A DNA stretch of 64,000 nucleotides from a virus, in the IMG/VR virus record IMGVR_UViG_3300044811_000010, positions 16,255-80,254 of that record. One strand, 5' to 3'. The notes under the pieces were generated by a model that was not told the origin of the DNA, did no database searches, and saw only the letters and a program-made list of their open reading frames with translations. The first letter of the stretch is position 1; every line of letters starts with the position of its first letter. Below are positions 49,189 through 58,634 of this stretch, in pieces. A program made the translations under genes and the position numbers.

Positions 49189-49869
49189 TCATACCACCGC
49201 CCTCCGCAACTGTCGCCCGAGGTAGCGCGTGTAGGCGGGCGGGATCGCCTCGTTGATCTCCTTCTTCGTCATCCAGTCGATGCCCATAGCGTCCTGCGCG
49301 TTCGCAACGGTGCAGTTGCCGCCGCCCGTCACCTGCACGAACGCGGTGTTCTGATCGAGGCGGCCGTAGTGCGCCTTACGCCTGTCATGCGTGAACACGA
49401 GAGGATGCCGTCGGGGGTGGCGTGGTGGCGTCAGCGGCACGGTGCTCTCGAACAAACGGTGTCGAATCACGCGAAGCTCGGGGAACATGGTGCCACATAG
49501 CATCGTAGGTCTGCGGAGGGGCGCTCCCTCCACGTTCTCGATGATGTACGGAAGCCCCAGCGCCTGCAGCCGCGCCCGCACGGGCGGGATGAAGTCTTCG
49601 TAGACGCGCTTGTTCTGCTTCTGCAGGTCGCTGAACGCCTGACAGGGAGGCGAGGCGTGGATCGCCGAGTAGCGAAGCTTGAAGCCCGGCCGCGACTGCA
49701 ACGCAATGAGCGAGTCGAGGAAGCTCAGCGCGTTGTCCTGAGTGAAGTGGAACGGGTAGCGGGGCTGCGGGTGGATGTCCACGCCGACTACCTCGAAGCC
49801 GGCATCCTGGTACCCGCGACCCGCGCCGCCCGCCCCGCAGAACAGGTCAAGGATGACCGGGCGGCTCAC
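49189..49869 (-). CDS. DNA cytosine-5 methyltransferase (short phage type)
   Basis: LDLFCGAGG, HASPPCQ, IENV, EAIPPAY. Confidence 0.85.
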   Translation of the reverse strand: MSRPVILDLFCGAGGAGRGYQDAGFEVVGVDIHPQPRYPFHFTQDNALSFLDSLIALQSRPGFKLRYSAIHASPPCQAFSDLQKQNKRVYEDFIPPVRARLQALGLPYIIENVEGAPLRRPTMLCGTMFPELRVIRHRLFESTVPLTPPRHPRRHPLVFTHDRRKAHYGRLDQNTAFVQVTGGGNCTVANAQDAMGIDWMTKKEINEAIPPAYTRYLGRQLRRAVV

Positions 49870-50140
49870 GCGGGCGGCGTGGCTAGGAGGGCGGCTACGT
49901 CGGGCGGCGTAGGAAGCAACGCGGCCACGGCGACGTGGTGACGCTTGGACTCGTAGAGAGCTTCCAGCAGAGTCGCGGGGAGAACGCCATAGCGCTGGAC
50001 CGTGTGGGCCAGCGCCTTGTCATGTGGCTCGTCCTGCTCACGCAAGTGGAGGTAATGATTTACTGGAAGTCGTGTGTCCATGGTGCCCTCCCTTACTGTA
50101 AGTACGGAGCCCGGAGGACCGGGCAAGACGTGGTATCGAA

Positions 50141-50270
50141 CGGGTGTGTTGAGGGAACTCGCTCGACCGTCCTCCGGGCTGGGGTAGGCGCTCCGAAGAG
50201 CCTAGGGCTAGAGCGTTGCCGCTCAGGCTCGCCTCGGGTTCGGAGCGCCTACCTCAACCCCTCAGCCCGC
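50141..50270 (-). ncRNA. candidate structured RNA downstream of rIIB
   Basis: 15-bp perfect stem 50183-50197/50239-50253 enclosing nested stems and a GCAA tetraloop (- strand). Confidence 0.35.
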
Positions 50271-50300
50271 CACCGCGCGGACTGAGAGGGAGGCTTGTGG

Positions 50301-51503
50301 TCAGCCGCTGAAGCGGCCAGTTGAGGCGTCGCGCGACGAGCCGGGGCGGCCGTTGGAGAAGCGGCCCTTGTCGTCCTGCGCAGGGTTGCGGCCGTTACCC
50401 TTAGTGGCCTGCGAGGTCGGGCCGCCCTTGCCATGGATCTTCGCGAGCTGGTACGAGTAGACCGGCTCGACACCGAAGTTCTCGTTGTCGTACTCGACTA
50501 CGGGGTCGCCCTCGGAGTCGAAGTCCACCACGGTCCCCTGATCGCCGTCGTCGTCCTCGACGCGGTCGCCAACCTCGAACTCGTCATCGAGGGAGTCGAA
50601 GGACAGGTCGATGCCGACGCGGCTCTCTTCTGTCACCTGCTCGCGGGTCTGGTAGACAGGGACGCTCAGCGGCTCGTCCACCGGACGGATGACCGTGTAG
50701 CGGCAGACGCGCAGCTTCCACGCCGAGTTGCTGTCGGGGAGCGAGACGATGTCACGGGGCGAGAACTCCACCAGCATGACGGTGTCGCCCTGAAACCCGT
50801 TGGCGTAGCCCCACGTACCGATGTGGAGGCCGTCGCCACACGCCTGCGAGGGGGCGTTGAGCACCTTCGAGCGCGGCATTTCGACCACGTCGCCGGCAAC
50901 CTGCTCGATGAACTCGGAGGCCGTCACGTCGCGGCCGTTGACGATGCCCTCGCCGCGTCGCGACGGGCGGTAGACGGTCGTCTCGTCCGTGCGCCACTCT
51001 GGCGTCGCGGAGTGAACCGACTTGTAGCCGAGGATGTTGCCCTCCGGTGTGATCGTCAGCGGGCCGTCCTTGCGGCCGCCGTCGATCCAGTCGTACAGAC
51101 CGTCGCGCACGTCGCCCAGCGGGTTCGTGAGCAGCTTCTCGTAGAAGTTGACCAGCGGCCCGAAGTCCTCGCCTGCGCTCAGGAAGTCGAGGATCTGCTC
51201 CTGCAGGGTGCCGTGGACGGGGTCGCCGTCGAGCAGGACGTTGTCGCCCTTGACCGTCACGCGGTCGGAGAGGCGCTGGAACTTGCGGGTGATCGTGGCA
51301 CCGATGTCGAACAGGTCGATCAGCTCGGCCTCATCGACGGACTCGCCCTTCATCGACGCCATGCACGCGCCGAGGATGGCCTTGTAGCTCGGGTGATCCG
51401 ACGCGACCGGAGGCTGAAGCCCCTTGCCCGGAATGAACACGACGACGTGGTCGGGCTGGCTCTCGGACTCGGTCTTGATGTGGCTGAACTGGATAGGACT
51501 CAT
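50301..51503 (-). CDS. rIIB: rIIB-like protein
   Basis: LVNF.EKL..NP, ITPEG.ILGYKSV, G.VVEMPR, C..GLH.G...YA, P.DIVS.P....KLRVCRY.V. Confidence 0.88.
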   Translation of the reverse strand: MSPIQFSHIKTESESQPDHVVVFIPGKGLQPPVASDHPSYKAILGACMASMKGESVDEAELIDLFDIGATITRKFQRLSDRVTVKGDNVLLDGDPVHGTLQEQILDFLSAGEDFGPLVNFYEKLLTNPLGDVRDGLYDWIDGGRKDGPLTITPEGNILGYKSVHSATPEWRTDETTVYRPSRRGEGIVNGRDVTASEFIEQVAGDVVEMPRSKVLNAPSQACGDGLHIGTWGYANGFQGDTVMLVEFSPRDIVSLPDSNSAWKLRVCRYTVIRPVDEPLSVPVYQTREQVTEESRVGIDLSFDSLDDEFEVGDRVEDDDGDQGTVVDFDSEGDPVVEYDNENFGVEPVYSYQLAKIHGKGGPTSQATKGNGRNPAQDDKGRFSNGRPGSSRDASTGRFSG

Positions 51504-51537
51504 GATGACCTCCTAGGTCGAATGCGGTGTGTTAGGA

Positions 51538-51566
51538 ACACTACAGTACGGGCGGGTGTTTGTCAA
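51538..51566 (-). promoter_or_regulatory. promoter TTGACA-17-TAGTGT
   Basis: Consensus; upstream of rIIB. Confidence 0.8.
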
Positions 51567-53605
51567 GCGAACTGGCCGGCGTCAACCAGGTTCAGGTAGC
51601 TGTAGACGTGGGCTGCGTTGCTCCGCGTATAGCACGAGCTGTAGAGCGGGTACTTAGTCAGCGGGTTCTTGAACACCGCCTTCGACGCGGCTGCGGTGTT
51701 CACGACGCGCCGGAACTCACGCCTCGACTCGATCAGCGGGCTCACGTTCACCTTGGAGTCGCGGATAGCTTGCCTGAGCAGCTTGTCCGTGACCTTGGTC
51801 GGGTCAAGCACCTTGAACTCGTTGGTGAGGTTTGCGTCGTAGATAGCGATGGCCGCCCGCTGCGCGCGGCTCAGCCCCTTGAACCACTTGTCGTAGACAG
51901 CGGTGCAGCCCTCAGTGACGCGCTTGGCGGTCGGCAGCTCGCGGCAGAACTTCTCGATGCGGTTGCCGGGGAGACAGACCAGCGTGAAGGCTGGCATATG
52001 CCCGGCCAGCACCGCCGCGTACTCGGAGCAGCTATAGCGGTTTCCCTGATGCCAGAACACGGGGTTGCGCAGGTTGATCTTGTCGCCGGGGACGCCATGC
52101 GAGAACTCAGCCCGCGCCTCGCCCCGCTTCTTCGTCCACAGATCGAAGCTGCCGGCGATGCGGGCTGGGCGCCCGTTGATCGTCGTGTTCACGGCGAGCT
52201 TGATCGCCTTGATCGTCGTCCAGTCCACCACCATCTTGGGGTCGATGAACACGGACACGGGCGCCGGGCCGCGCACCAGCGCGAACTGGGAAACCACGTT
52301 CGGCGCCTCGGTCCCGAACTGCTGCCCGGCCCAGACGTGCAGCTTGTCCTTGTGCTGCGCGGTGAACTTGGCCGGGTCGAAGCCTGCGACCCAGACGGTC
52401 GTAGGCCAGTCGTGGATGGATAGCGTCCCGAACTTGGACGTGTTCGAGCGCGTGCGGCCGTGGTTGCGGTACGGCGCAACCTCGATAAGCGCGGGGAGCT
52501 GCGCGCCGCGATAGTCGAGCTTCGGGTTGCCCAGCACGTCCACCTGCGGGGGCGGGGTGAACCCGACCGGGAGCGGTGTTCCCTTGTAGGTGTAGTTGGA
52601 CACAGCCTGGTTGCCGGCCACGTACTTGTTCCACTTGACGATGATCCGGACGGCGGCCTGCGGCGTCGGCGCCGCGTCAACCTCCCGCTGGATCGCGTTG
52701 TTGATTTCGCGTCCGAAGTCGCCTTCGATCCGCTTGATCGTGGCCTTCGTCTTGTCTGTGTCCATCAGCGCCTCGCGGCTCGGCGCGAAGTTCACGTCTC
52801 CGATGGCGACGTGAGCCATCACCTCCACGTCGGAGTAGTTGCCGTAGCCCCGGCCCGCCCTATTGCCATAGCGCGTCGAGACGTGGGGCAGATCGAACAC
52901 GGCCGGGTAGGTCACGCCGCCCATGACGATGTAGCTCTGAGAGTCCTCAATGATGTAGAGGTCGTCGGTTAGCCGCAGACCCTCGAACGGCTTAGGCGTC
53001 TCGCCGTCGAGCAGCACCGTGCCCTTCGCCCAGACCGAGAAGAACCGCTCCGCCTTGGCGCGAATGTCGTTGCCGCGCTTGGCCGGGATCTGAACCTCGG
53101 TACCGTCACGCTGATCCGTGCTCGACGTGTCGAGCACGGTCATCGACCCAGCGCCGTCAGCGTCGCGGGCGACCACGACGGTCACCATGACGCCATCCTT
53201 GACCGAGACGACCGTGAACTGGTCGCAGTAGGTCAGGGCGCTCTTGCAGCCGAGTCCGAGCATGCCGTTGAAGTCGTTGCTGTTGCGCTTCGTGGACGTG
53301 CCGTACTGGCTGTAGATCGTGTGAATGTCATCGACCGTCAGTCCGATGCCGTAATCGCGGATCTTCAGGAACGGCGAGAAGGCCGTCGGGGTCGTGACCT
53401 CGATGGGGTCGTTGCGCCCCGCCTCGACGGTCGCGTCGCGGCCGTTGGTGCTGTACTCACGGATGACCGCCAGCTCGGGGTCCGAGTACAAGTCAGTCAG
53501 GATGTTCATGATGTGCGCCATCGCGGCCGGGTCGATGCCCATGGCGACCTTGTCGCCGCCGAGCGTGCTCTGGACCTGAATGCCGTTGTTACGGTCTGCG
53601 ATCAT
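51563..53605 (-). CDS. rIIA: rIIA-like protein (GHKL ATPase N-terminus)
   Basis: LYSD..AVIREYSTNGRDA, IRDYGIGL, STKR.SN...G.LGLG.KS, PSRE.L; adjacent to rIIB. Confidence 0.9.
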   Translation of the reverse strand: MIADRNNGIQVQSTLGGDKVAMGIDPAAMAHIMNILTDLYSDPELAVIREYSTNGRDATVEAGRNDPIEVTTPTAFSPFLKIRDYGIGLTVDDIHTIYSQYGTSTKRNSNDFNGMLGLGCKSALTYCDQFTVVSVKDGVMVTVVVARDADGAGSMTVLDTSSTDQRDGTEVQIPAKRGNDIRAKAERFFSVWAKGTVLLDGETPKPFEGLRLTDDLYIIEDSQSYIVMGGVTYPAVFDLPHVSTRYGNRAGRGYGNYSDVEVMAHVAIGDVNFAPSREALMDTDKTKATIKRIEGDFGREINNAIQREVDAAPTPQAAVRIIVKWNKYVAGNQAVSNYTYKGTPLPVGFTPPPQVDVLGNPKLDYRGAQLPALIEVAPYRNHGRTRSNTSKFGTLSIHDWPTTVWVAGFDPAKFTAQHKDKLHVWAGQQFGTEAPNVVSQFALVRGPAPVSVFIDPKMVVDWTTIKAIKLAVNTTINGRPARIAGSFDLWTKKRGEARAEFSHGVPGDKINLRNPVFWHQGNRYSCSEYAAVLAGHMPAFTLVCLPGNRIEKFCRELPTAKRVTEGCTAVYDKWFKGLSRAQRAAIAIYDANLTNEFKVLDPTKVTDKLLRQAIRDSKVNVSPLIESRREFRRVVNTAAASKAVFKNPLTKYPLYSSCYTRSNAAHVYSYLNLVDAGQFA

Positions 53606-53648
53606 GCGGTGGACCTCCTTGGGATGCGGTGGACTGCTGTATGTCTAC

Positions 53649-53677
53649 AGTGTAAGGGACGGCAGGGCGGATTACAA
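53649..53677 (-). promoter_or_regulatory. promoter TTGTAA-17-TACACT
   Basis: Consensus; upstream of rIIA. Confidence 0.7.
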
Positions 53678-53694
53678 GCCCTGGCTGCCGGCGG

Positions 53695-54182
53695 TCACGC
53701 GCTCGCCGTCTTGACCCACGCTTCGACCAGCGCCTTGTCCGCGTCGGTGGCTCCGGGGTCGAAGTCGATTGCTCCGCCCGGCTCCCACTGGCGCCAGCGC
53801 ACGGTGTACTTGCGCATGTGGGGAAGCTCGATGAACGCCGCGTTGTGGTCCATCAGGAGCGTAGGCCACGCCCAGATGACGCCTCCGACGAGGACGCCGC
53901 GCCATGCGGGCCTCATGGCTTCGCCGCCGCGTCGAGCACGATCACAACCTCGCGCACGGTGCCATTTTCCTGCACCTTGAAGCTACGCGCGCCGCCGAGC
54001 GGCTCGATCACGTACTGCTCGCCGGGAGTGGGCGCGGTGTTCCAGCGGTCGTTGGCCGCCCGGATCAGATCGAAGGCGCCCTCGCGGTTGTCCTCGATGA
54101 CGATGCCGGCGGCGTACTTGTCGTCGGGCTCGCTACCGTCGTGGCAGGCGACCAGCGAGACGCGCCAGAGGCGGCGGCTCAT
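53695..54182 (-). CDS. two small hypothetical ORFs (53695-53916, 53913-54182)
   Basis: ATGA coupling. Confidence 0.5.
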
Positions 54183-55108
54183 GCTCCGGCCTCACGCCAG
54201 CCGAGGAACACCGGGTGGCGCGGCTTGTCCTTGACGCCGATGGGGAAGCACTTGACCTTGGCGACGCGGCCGTTCAGGCCGTTACCGCTCCCCAGATCGG
54301 GGTAGTGCTTCGTGTCGGCGTCGGCCCAGAGCGCAACGCGGGCGGCGTGGTCGAAGCCGGTCCCGCAGCGGAACTCGACGCCTTCCCAGCCACTGTTGAG
54401 GCCACGCAGGATCAGGCCGCCCAGCGTGCCCTTGCCGGTCTTGTTCGCCTGCACGGACGAACGCTCGGTGCGGCCGAGAGCGTTGGTGACCGCCTCGTTG
54501 CCGTTGTGCTGTTCCTCGTAGACCCCGATCACCTCCGCCTCGAAGTCCTCGAAGCGCTTGATCTTGCCCAGCTCACCCACCGTGGCAGACGCGCGGCCGA
54601 ACTTGTAGAAGGAGTCGGGGTCGCGGACGACCACGCCCTCATGGCCCTCAGCCACGCATCGCTGCTCGATGACTTCAAGAGCGGCTGCGGTTGCCGCGCG
54701 CCACGTCGTGACGAGGTTCAGGTGGGGGGTTTCCTCGTAGTCGTTGACGACCGCATCGGCAGCGAGGTAGCGCTCCGAGAACGTGCCGACCCTGTCCCAC
54801 TTGTCGAAGACGTGGAAGGTCCAATCCGCGCCGGTCTTGTTCGGCGCCATGACGAAGCTCGTCGTCTTGCGGTAGCAGTCGTCAGCGGTCGGCTCGCCAA
54901 CCAGAATCTCGCCGTCGAGCCCTTCGAACTCGGGGCGGCTGAGGAAGTCGAAGACCTCGCGGTTCGGGACCTCCTTCAGCGTGCGCGTGAGGGCGCGGCC
55001 CTCCACGATGCAGACGCGGATGCCGTCGAGCTTGGGCTGCACTGAGAGCGGGAACCGCAGCTTGGCCGGGTTGACCTTACTGGCGAGCATCGGCTTGAAC
55101 GCGCTCAT
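54179..55108 (-). CDS. lig: ATP-dependent DNA ligase
   Basis: KPMLA, KLDGIR, LDGE, VFD, EGVVVR, KIK, GTGF, RHPVF. Confidence 0.93.
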   Translation of the reverse strand: MSAFKPMLASKVNPAKLRFPLSVQPKLDGIRVCIVEGRALTRTLKEVPNREVFDFLSRPEFEGLDGEILVGEPTADDCYRKTTSFVMAPNKTGADWTFHVFDKWDRVGTFSERYLAADAVVNDYEETPHLNLVTTWRAATAAALEVIEQRCVAEGHEGVVVRDPDSFYKFGRASATVGELGKIKRFEDFEAEVIGVYEEQHNGNEAVTNALGRTERSSVQANKTGKGTLGGLILRGLNSGWEGVEFRCGTGFDHAARVALWADADTKHYPDLGSGNGLNGRVAKVKCFPIGVKDKPRHPVFLGWREAGA

Positions 55109-55449
55109 GAGCGGTTACCTCGCTGGTCGCGGGCGCGGCATGTCGGAGGAATCTCGATCAGCTTGCCGGTGGTGCCGATGCTGTCCTGCCGGTGACCAAG
55201 ACCGCGCCCATGCGGACCCTTGGCGACGAGCGTGCTCACCGTGCCGCGCGCCACGTCGACCCAACGCCCCGACGTGCTCGGGTAGTCGGTGGTCGGGTAG
55301 TCGGTGGTCGGGTCTGTGATCCAGACGTTGCCGTTGTCAGCGACCACGATGAACTGCTTGGCCGGGAGCTGGGGCGCAGGGGTCAGCGTGACGTTCTCGC
55401 CGTTGGCGAGGGCTGCGGCCTGCTCCTGCGAAATCTCGATTGTCGGCAT
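55105..55449 (-). CDS. hypothetical protein, paralog A
   Basis: Similar to 56985-57305; first gene after the promoter at 55483-55511. Confidence 0.7.
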   Translation of the reverse strand: MPTIEISQEQAAALANGENVTLTPAPQLPAKQFIVVADNGNVWITDPTTDYPTTDYPSTSGRWVDVARGTVSTLVAKGPHGRGLGHRQDSIGTTGKLIEIPPTCRARDQRGNRS

Positions 55450-55482
55450 TGAAACCTCCTAGGGAGTTGATCTGATACGGGT

Positions 55483-55511
55483 ATCTTACAGAGCGCGGGG
55501 CGGCTTGTCAA
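55483..55511 (-). promoter_or_regulatory. promoter TTGACA-17-TAAGAT
   Basis: Consensus. Confidence 0.8.
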
Positions 55512-55856
55512 GGTCCAGGCGCCGGCGAGTTGGGCACCGTTCCGTGTGCAGCTCGGCGCCGAACTTTTCGCGTCCGCAGGTACATCGCGCTGCCAGCCCC
55601 GCCCCGCGCCGCTTCGCGCCTCTCTCGACGCTGACCAGCCCGGACGTGGCGCCCCTGCCAGTAGCCCTCGATGTCGAAGTGCAGCGCGCAGATCATCGCC
55701 GCCAGCGAGCAGGCGAAGTCGAGCAGTCCAGCGCCGACCCATTCAAGCGGGGTCACGGCCGCATCGCCATACTGGCGCGAGCGCAGCGGCAGGCTTCATC
55801 GGCGCCACAACCGAGCGACCTGTAGAACCGGAACCAATCTCCGAAGACGAGCACGG

Positions 55857-56099
55857 TCATGCCGGCACCAAGGCAACCTGCCCGGATTCCTCGGTTTCGA
55901 GCTTCCAGCCGTCCGTTCTATCGGGGAGTTCCCGCAACGTCGGAATCTCAACCTCCCACACGTACCCGGTGCAGCCGTTCCCGGTTTGCTGAGCGGCGAG
56001 AGCAGCCGCCTCTGCCTGATTGAAGTAGACGACGCTAGGGTCGCTCACCGGCTCGGTGGGGTCGTAGTGGTAGTGGCGCACGACGATGTAGCCGATCAT
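55857..56099 (-). CDS. hypothetical protein
   Basis: Start reassigned to the ATG at 56099. Confidence 0.5.
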   Translation of the reverse strand: MIGYIVVRHYHYDPTEPVSDPSVVYFNQAEAAALAAQQTGNGCTGYVWEVEIPTLRELPDRTDGWKLETEESGQVALVPA

Positions 56100-56701
56100 G
56101 CTGTCACCAGCCCGGCCGTATACCCCGCCTTGCAGTACGCCTCGAAGTGCTCGTTCTCCCAGAGGCAGAATGTGATGTCGAGCGGGCCGGTGAAGTAGCG
56201 CGCAGCCTCCATGGCGATGGCCGCCGCGCCCGCGACCGGGTAGCCGAAAATGCCGCAGGAGATTGCCGGGACGGCGAGACGTGTCCAGCCACACTCGGCC
56301 GCAGCCATGAACGCCTCGTAGTGAGCTGAGTAGAGCAGGTCTGGCTCGCAGAACTGGCCGCCGCCCCAGACCGGGCCGACCGCGTGGATGACGCCCTTGA
56401 GTGGCAGCATCCCCGCCGACGTGACGTAGCAATCGCCCGTAGCGACGAGGGGAGCCCCGGAGTGATCCGCCTTCCAGTCCCCTACCTTGCGGCTCCACAG
56501 ATCGAGGGCGGCCCGCTTCTCGGCCTCGGTCATCGTCGTGCCCTCAGCGGTTCCGTCAGGCCAGGTTGCCGGCCACTGCAAGGCGGCGCTGTCGATCTTC
56601 GCCGCCAATCCTCCGCCGTGGCGAAGGTGGCTGTTCGCGGGGTTGACGATGGCGTCAGCCTCGACCGTGAGGATGTCCGTCTGCCGGATCTGGACGCTCA
56701 T
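56096..56701 (-). CDS. macrodomain (MacroD-like ADP-ribose hydrolase)
   Basis: DI...ADAIVNPAN..L.HGGGLA, VIHAVGP, PAISCGIFGYP. Confidence 0.92.
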   Translation of the reverse strand: MSVQIRQTDILTVEADAIVNPANSHLRHGGGLAAKIDSAALQWPATWPDGTAEGTTMTEAEKRAALDLWSRKVGDWKADHSGAPLVATGDCYVTSAGMLPLKGVIHAVGPVWGGGQFCEPDLLYSAHYEAFMAAAECGWTRLAVPAISCGIFGYPVAGAAAIAMEAARYFTGPLDITFCLWENEHFEAYCKAGYTAGLVTA

Positions 56702-56985
56702 GCGAGCCTCCCGGCGACACGCCATCCCGAGTCCACACGACGCTTGGTCCTGACTGTGCGGGTCACGGGCGGGGGAACGCGGACCTCCACGTCCTCGATG
56801 GCAACCTCGCCGTCGTGCCACTGGATCAGTAGACGGTACTGGCCCGCGTCGAGCTGCGCCGACTCGACAGCCTGCTCCACGAGTTCGGAGGTACCAGAAA
56901 TCTCCGCGCTGTTGAGCAGTTCGATGATCGGCTCGTGCCAGCCGCCCGCCTTGGGGGCGGCGCTGAGGTTGTAGACGCGGATCAT
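56698..56985 (-). CDS. hypothetical protein
   Basis: Coupled ORF. Confidence 0.55.
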   Translation of the reverse strand: MIRVYNLSAAPKAGGWHEPIIELLNSAEISGTSELVEQAVESAQLDAGQYRLLIQWHDGEVAIEDVEVRVPPPVTRTVRTKRRVDSGWRVAGRLA

Positions 56986-57305
56986 CAGGCGTCGCGTCCG
57001 GCGAGGGGGATTTCGGTGAAGGTCCCGCGTCCGGACAGCCAGCCCTCCTGAGTGTGGCCGAGCAGGCGTCTGTGCTGACCCCTAGCGATCAGCCGACACT
57101 CGCCGGTGACCGAGACAGTCTCGTCGAGCACGCCCGTCCTCGTGAGGACGGGCGGCGAGGGCGCCAGCACGTCGTAGACGTTGCCGGTCTTAGTGAGGAC
57201 CACGATGAAGCGCCGCTTGACTTGGGGCGGATCGGACTTGATCGTGATGTCTTCGCCGTTTGCGAGCTGGCAAGCCTGTACGGCGGTGATGGTGATGGAA
57301 GGCAT
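56985..57305 (-). CDS. hypothetical protein, paralog B
   Basis: Similar to 55105-55449; first gene after the promoter at 57336-57364. Confidence 0.7.
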   Translation of the reverse strand: MPSITITAVQACQLANGEDITIKSDPPQVKRRFIVVLTKTGNVYDVLAPSPPVLTRTGVLDETVSVTGECRLIARGQHRRLLGHTQEGWLSGRGTFTEIPLAGRDA

Positions 57306-57335
57306 GCGGAGTGTCCTTTCGTTCGGTATGGCTAC

Positions 57336-57364
57336 AAGCTAGCCTAGGGTTCCGGGGTTGTCAA
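57336..57364 (-). promoter_or_regulatory. promoter TTGACA-17-TAGCTT
   Basis: Consensus. Confidence 0.75.
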
Positions 57365-57841
57365 GGGCTGGGCGGCCTGGTGCCGGCAGCTCTCGGTGGT
57401 GATGGGGTAGTGCTCGATGCCGTCTGTCACCCAGTAGCAGCTCGCGCAGGGCTTCTCGCACGGATCAAGGCGGAACCGTGTCGCGTAACCGTAGCGATCT
57501 GGCGGGCGCAGTAGCGCGTCAGCGACCGCAGGCAGGCTGTCCATGGCGCTCGTGAAGACTTCGGTTGGCATCTTGTCGGAGGCGTGCTGCTCGTAGAGGT
57601 ACGTGAGAGCGGCCGTGAGCCCTGCTAGCAGGTCGGGAGGGGCGGGGACGGCCTCGGAGTAGGGTTCGGGCTTAGGCGCGCTTAGAGAGGCTGAGGGCGC
57701 CGGAGCCCAGAGGACTGACGAAGCTGCGGCGAGTGCGAGGCCCATGCCAATCGCCGTCCCGAACTCGGACAGGGATAGCTCGATGAGTACGAGTCCCGCG
57801 CCTGTCATCAGCAGCCGAACTACCATCCTGATCGTGTTCAC
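57344..57841 (-). CDS. membrane protein with C-terminal Cys cluster
   Basis: AAGGAGG RBS; two TM segments; CxxPCxxC. Confidence 0.6.
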   Translation of the reverse strand: MNTIRMVVRLLMTGAGLVLIELSLSEFGTAIGMGLALAAASSVLWAPAPSASLSAPKPEPYSEAVPAPPDLLAGLTAALTYLYEQHASDKMPTEVFTSAMDSLPAVADALLRPPDRYGYATRFRLDPCEKPCASCYWVTDGIEHYPITTESCRHQAAQPLTTPEP

Positions 57842-57879
57842 TAGGTGCCTCCTTTCAGCAGCCGAACATGCGTTCGTCT

Positions 57880-58245
57880 ATCGGTCTAATCTTCATACCT
57901 TCCAGCGGCCGAGATAGAGCATTGTCGGACACACCTGTCCCTCTCTAGAGAGGGACGACGGTGTACGTCCGAAATCCTCAACAAACACGGGCCATAAAGT
58001 TGGGACATTCGTACCACTTACATAGGCTTCGTACCACCTTAGGGGTACTTTCCTAAAGCCCAGCTAAAGATCTGGTATGAATCTGGTATGTAAGTCCCGT
58101 GCTTACTGGGTATCTCGGACATTCGTACCAGTCTAGGAAAGTTAGATAAACGTGACCGTTTTTCTGGCTCCGAAAACCTAATCCCCAGTAAGCACGGGAC
58201 TTGTGGCGCGTTGCCACTCAAATTTATGCCCGGAAGTGGTACGAC
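57880..58245. repeat. AT-enriched intergenic locus with iterons, a 20-bp palindrome and a 19-bp inverted repeat (putative ori)
   Basis: GTCCCTCTCTAGAGAGGGAC 57937-57956; AAGTCCCGTGCTTACTGGG 58092-58110 / 58184-58202; repeated TCRTACC. Confidence 0.7.
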
Positions 58246-58247
58246 CG

Positions 58248-58508
58248 TTAGTCAGTCGCCCCGAGGGCTCTCGTGAGCGCCCTCGACCCCTTCATCGCGG
58301 CTGCGTTGAGCACCTGCGCGACGCCATTGGCCGACGCTGCGGTGTCCCGATGTGCGACCTGCCGGCCGCTCACATTGTCGATCACGTCGTGGCCGTCGAT
58401 GGTGGCGAGGATGCCGAACTTCTGCGGACTCGGCCGCGCGGTCAGCTTGGCGACCTCACGGTCGATGATGCGGTCGCGGGCGTGGTTGGTCTGCGCTGCG
58501 TAGTGCAT
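58248..58508 (-). CDS. hypothetical early protein
   Basis: AGGAGG RBS. Confidence 0.6.
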   Translation of the reverse strand: MHYAAQTNHARDRIIDREVAKLTARPSPQKFGILATIDGHDVIDNVSGRQVAHRDTAASANGVAQVLNAAAMKGSRALTRALGATD

Positions 58509-58634
58509 AGTAGTCCTCCTGTGTTGAGGGATTAGATAGCTCCTGCGCCTTGCGGTAGCCGTCTGCGTGCCCGAGAAGGTACGCGGCCAGTAGCAGGATC
58601 ATGAGGATGGTTGCTGCGAGGGCTTCGGAATCGG

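Noticed and set aside
55278-55312. 15-bp tandem repeat
   Set aside because: Simple in-frame PTTDY duplication with no further structure.
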